A program made the translations under genes and the position numbers. The notes under the pieces were generated by a model, which saw only the letters and a list, made by a program, of their open reading frames with translations, was not told where the DNA came from and made no database searches. From Epithemia pelagica (Eukaryota > Protista > Bacillariophyta), in the NCBI GenBank assembly GCA_946965045.2, contig OX337232.1, positions 2,914,001 through 2,978,000 on the forward strand: a DNA stretch of 64,000 nucleotides, read 5' to 3'. This document shows positions 63,225-64,000 of this stretch, one piece after another. Numbering within the stretch: the stretch's first letter is position 1; the number at the start of each line of letters is the position of its first letter.

Positions 63225-63956
63225 CTATTCCTGTTTTCGATATTTGCTGTCGCGCGAGAGAGCGGCCAGAACAGACAGATATTCGTTTTCGGCCAGGTCT
63301 ACCTTGACCATGGACCGATGTCCTTGTTGAATGGCTTTTGCATCTTCCTCAATAGCTTTGAGGTCACTGGAAAGCTCCTCGCTTAAACGACGCTTGCTAC
63401 GTGTCTGAATCAAATCCAGCGCCTTGTCTGGTTTGTCCTGTCGATACACATACATGGCGGCCAAGGAAACGGTTGCCGAATCGTAGTCCGGATCTTGTTC
63501 CAAGGCTTGTTTCCAGAGCGATTCAGCCTGTTCCTCCGCACGCTGTTTTTCACGTTGCAGAGCATATGATTTTCGTCTGGATGCTTGTTGAGATTTTTGT
63601 TTCGATGGCTTTCTGGTTGTTATATGGGATGCTTGCGTTGAGGCATTCTTGACATCTCGCTTGGACTCATGCTTGTGCTGTGGTTTGCTGTCAGGTTCTT
63701 CGGGTATGACTGGAAGGTTCCTTCGACTAGTGTGTTGGAGAGCCTGTAATCCTTGCTTGTGCAACTCAACAGCCGAATACGGGCACAACCAGCGATAGAT
63801 CTTGTGACCAATATAGGCCAAAAGCGCAGCCATGATGAGAAAAATAAAAATGGGAACAACAACGTCCCGAAAGAACCATTGTAATGTGACTTTCCATGCG
63901 CCCGATTCCACATATTCGCGAAGGGAATTGGAAATATCTTTCAAGGCCAGAATCAT
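63225..63956 (-). CDS. Small protein with an N-terminal TM helix and TPR-like repeats
   Basis: VVVPIFIFLIMAALLAYIG TM segment; AESLWKQALEQDPDYDSATVSLAAMY..DKALDLI TPR-like motif. The start may lie further upstream or outside the window. Confidence 0.65.
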   Translation of the reverse strand: MILALKDISNSLREYVESGAWKVTLQWFFRDVVVPIFIFLIMAALLAYIGHKIYRWLCPYSAVELHKQGLQALQHTSRRNLPVIPEEPDSKPQHKHESKRDVKNASTQASHITTRKPSKQKSQQASRRKSYALQREKQRAEEQAESLWKQALEQDPDYDSATVSLAAMYVYRQDKPDKALDLIQTRSKRRLSEELSSDLKAIEEDAKAIQQGHRSMVKVDLAENEYLSVLAALSRDSKYRKQE

Positions 63957-64000
63957 ACCGGATCCTCGTGGTAAGGGTCGTTTGGAACACAAGGGTTGGG

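Overview
This is eukaryotic nuclear DNA, almost certainly from a diatom (CoDi-type Ty1/copia elements, bipartite plastid-targeting signals, short GT-AG introns, diatom-type cyclase/PDEase tail). The first ~25.5 kb is a transposon cluster: an hAT-type MITE (708-1006), a CoDi copia element (1066-13460) carrying a second, non-autonomous CoDi element nested in its pol (4807-10979), a TA-flanked TIR element (14144-15674), and a complete Ngaro-like tyrosine-recombinase retrotransposon with split direct repeats A1-ORFs-B1-A2-B2 (15758-25468). The rest is mostly genes: a TPR-like diatom protein, two paralogous Trp-motif low-complexity proteins with probable plastid targeting (about 1030 aa and 3961 aa) flanking a MATE transporter, a frameshifted P-loop NTPase/nuclease-like gene, a third CoDi element on the minus strand (53231-59736), an SSRP1 gene with three HMG boxes, and a small TPR protein. 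The most notable observations are the Trp-motif plastid protein pair, a possible degenerate cytosine-methyltransferase domain in front of the RT of the YR element, anticodon-arm (half-tRNA) primer binding sites in all three LTR elements, and CpG-decay lesions at catalytic residues. No rRNA, tRNA or CRISPR feature was seen. All domain calls come from visual motif recognition; no database searches were run.
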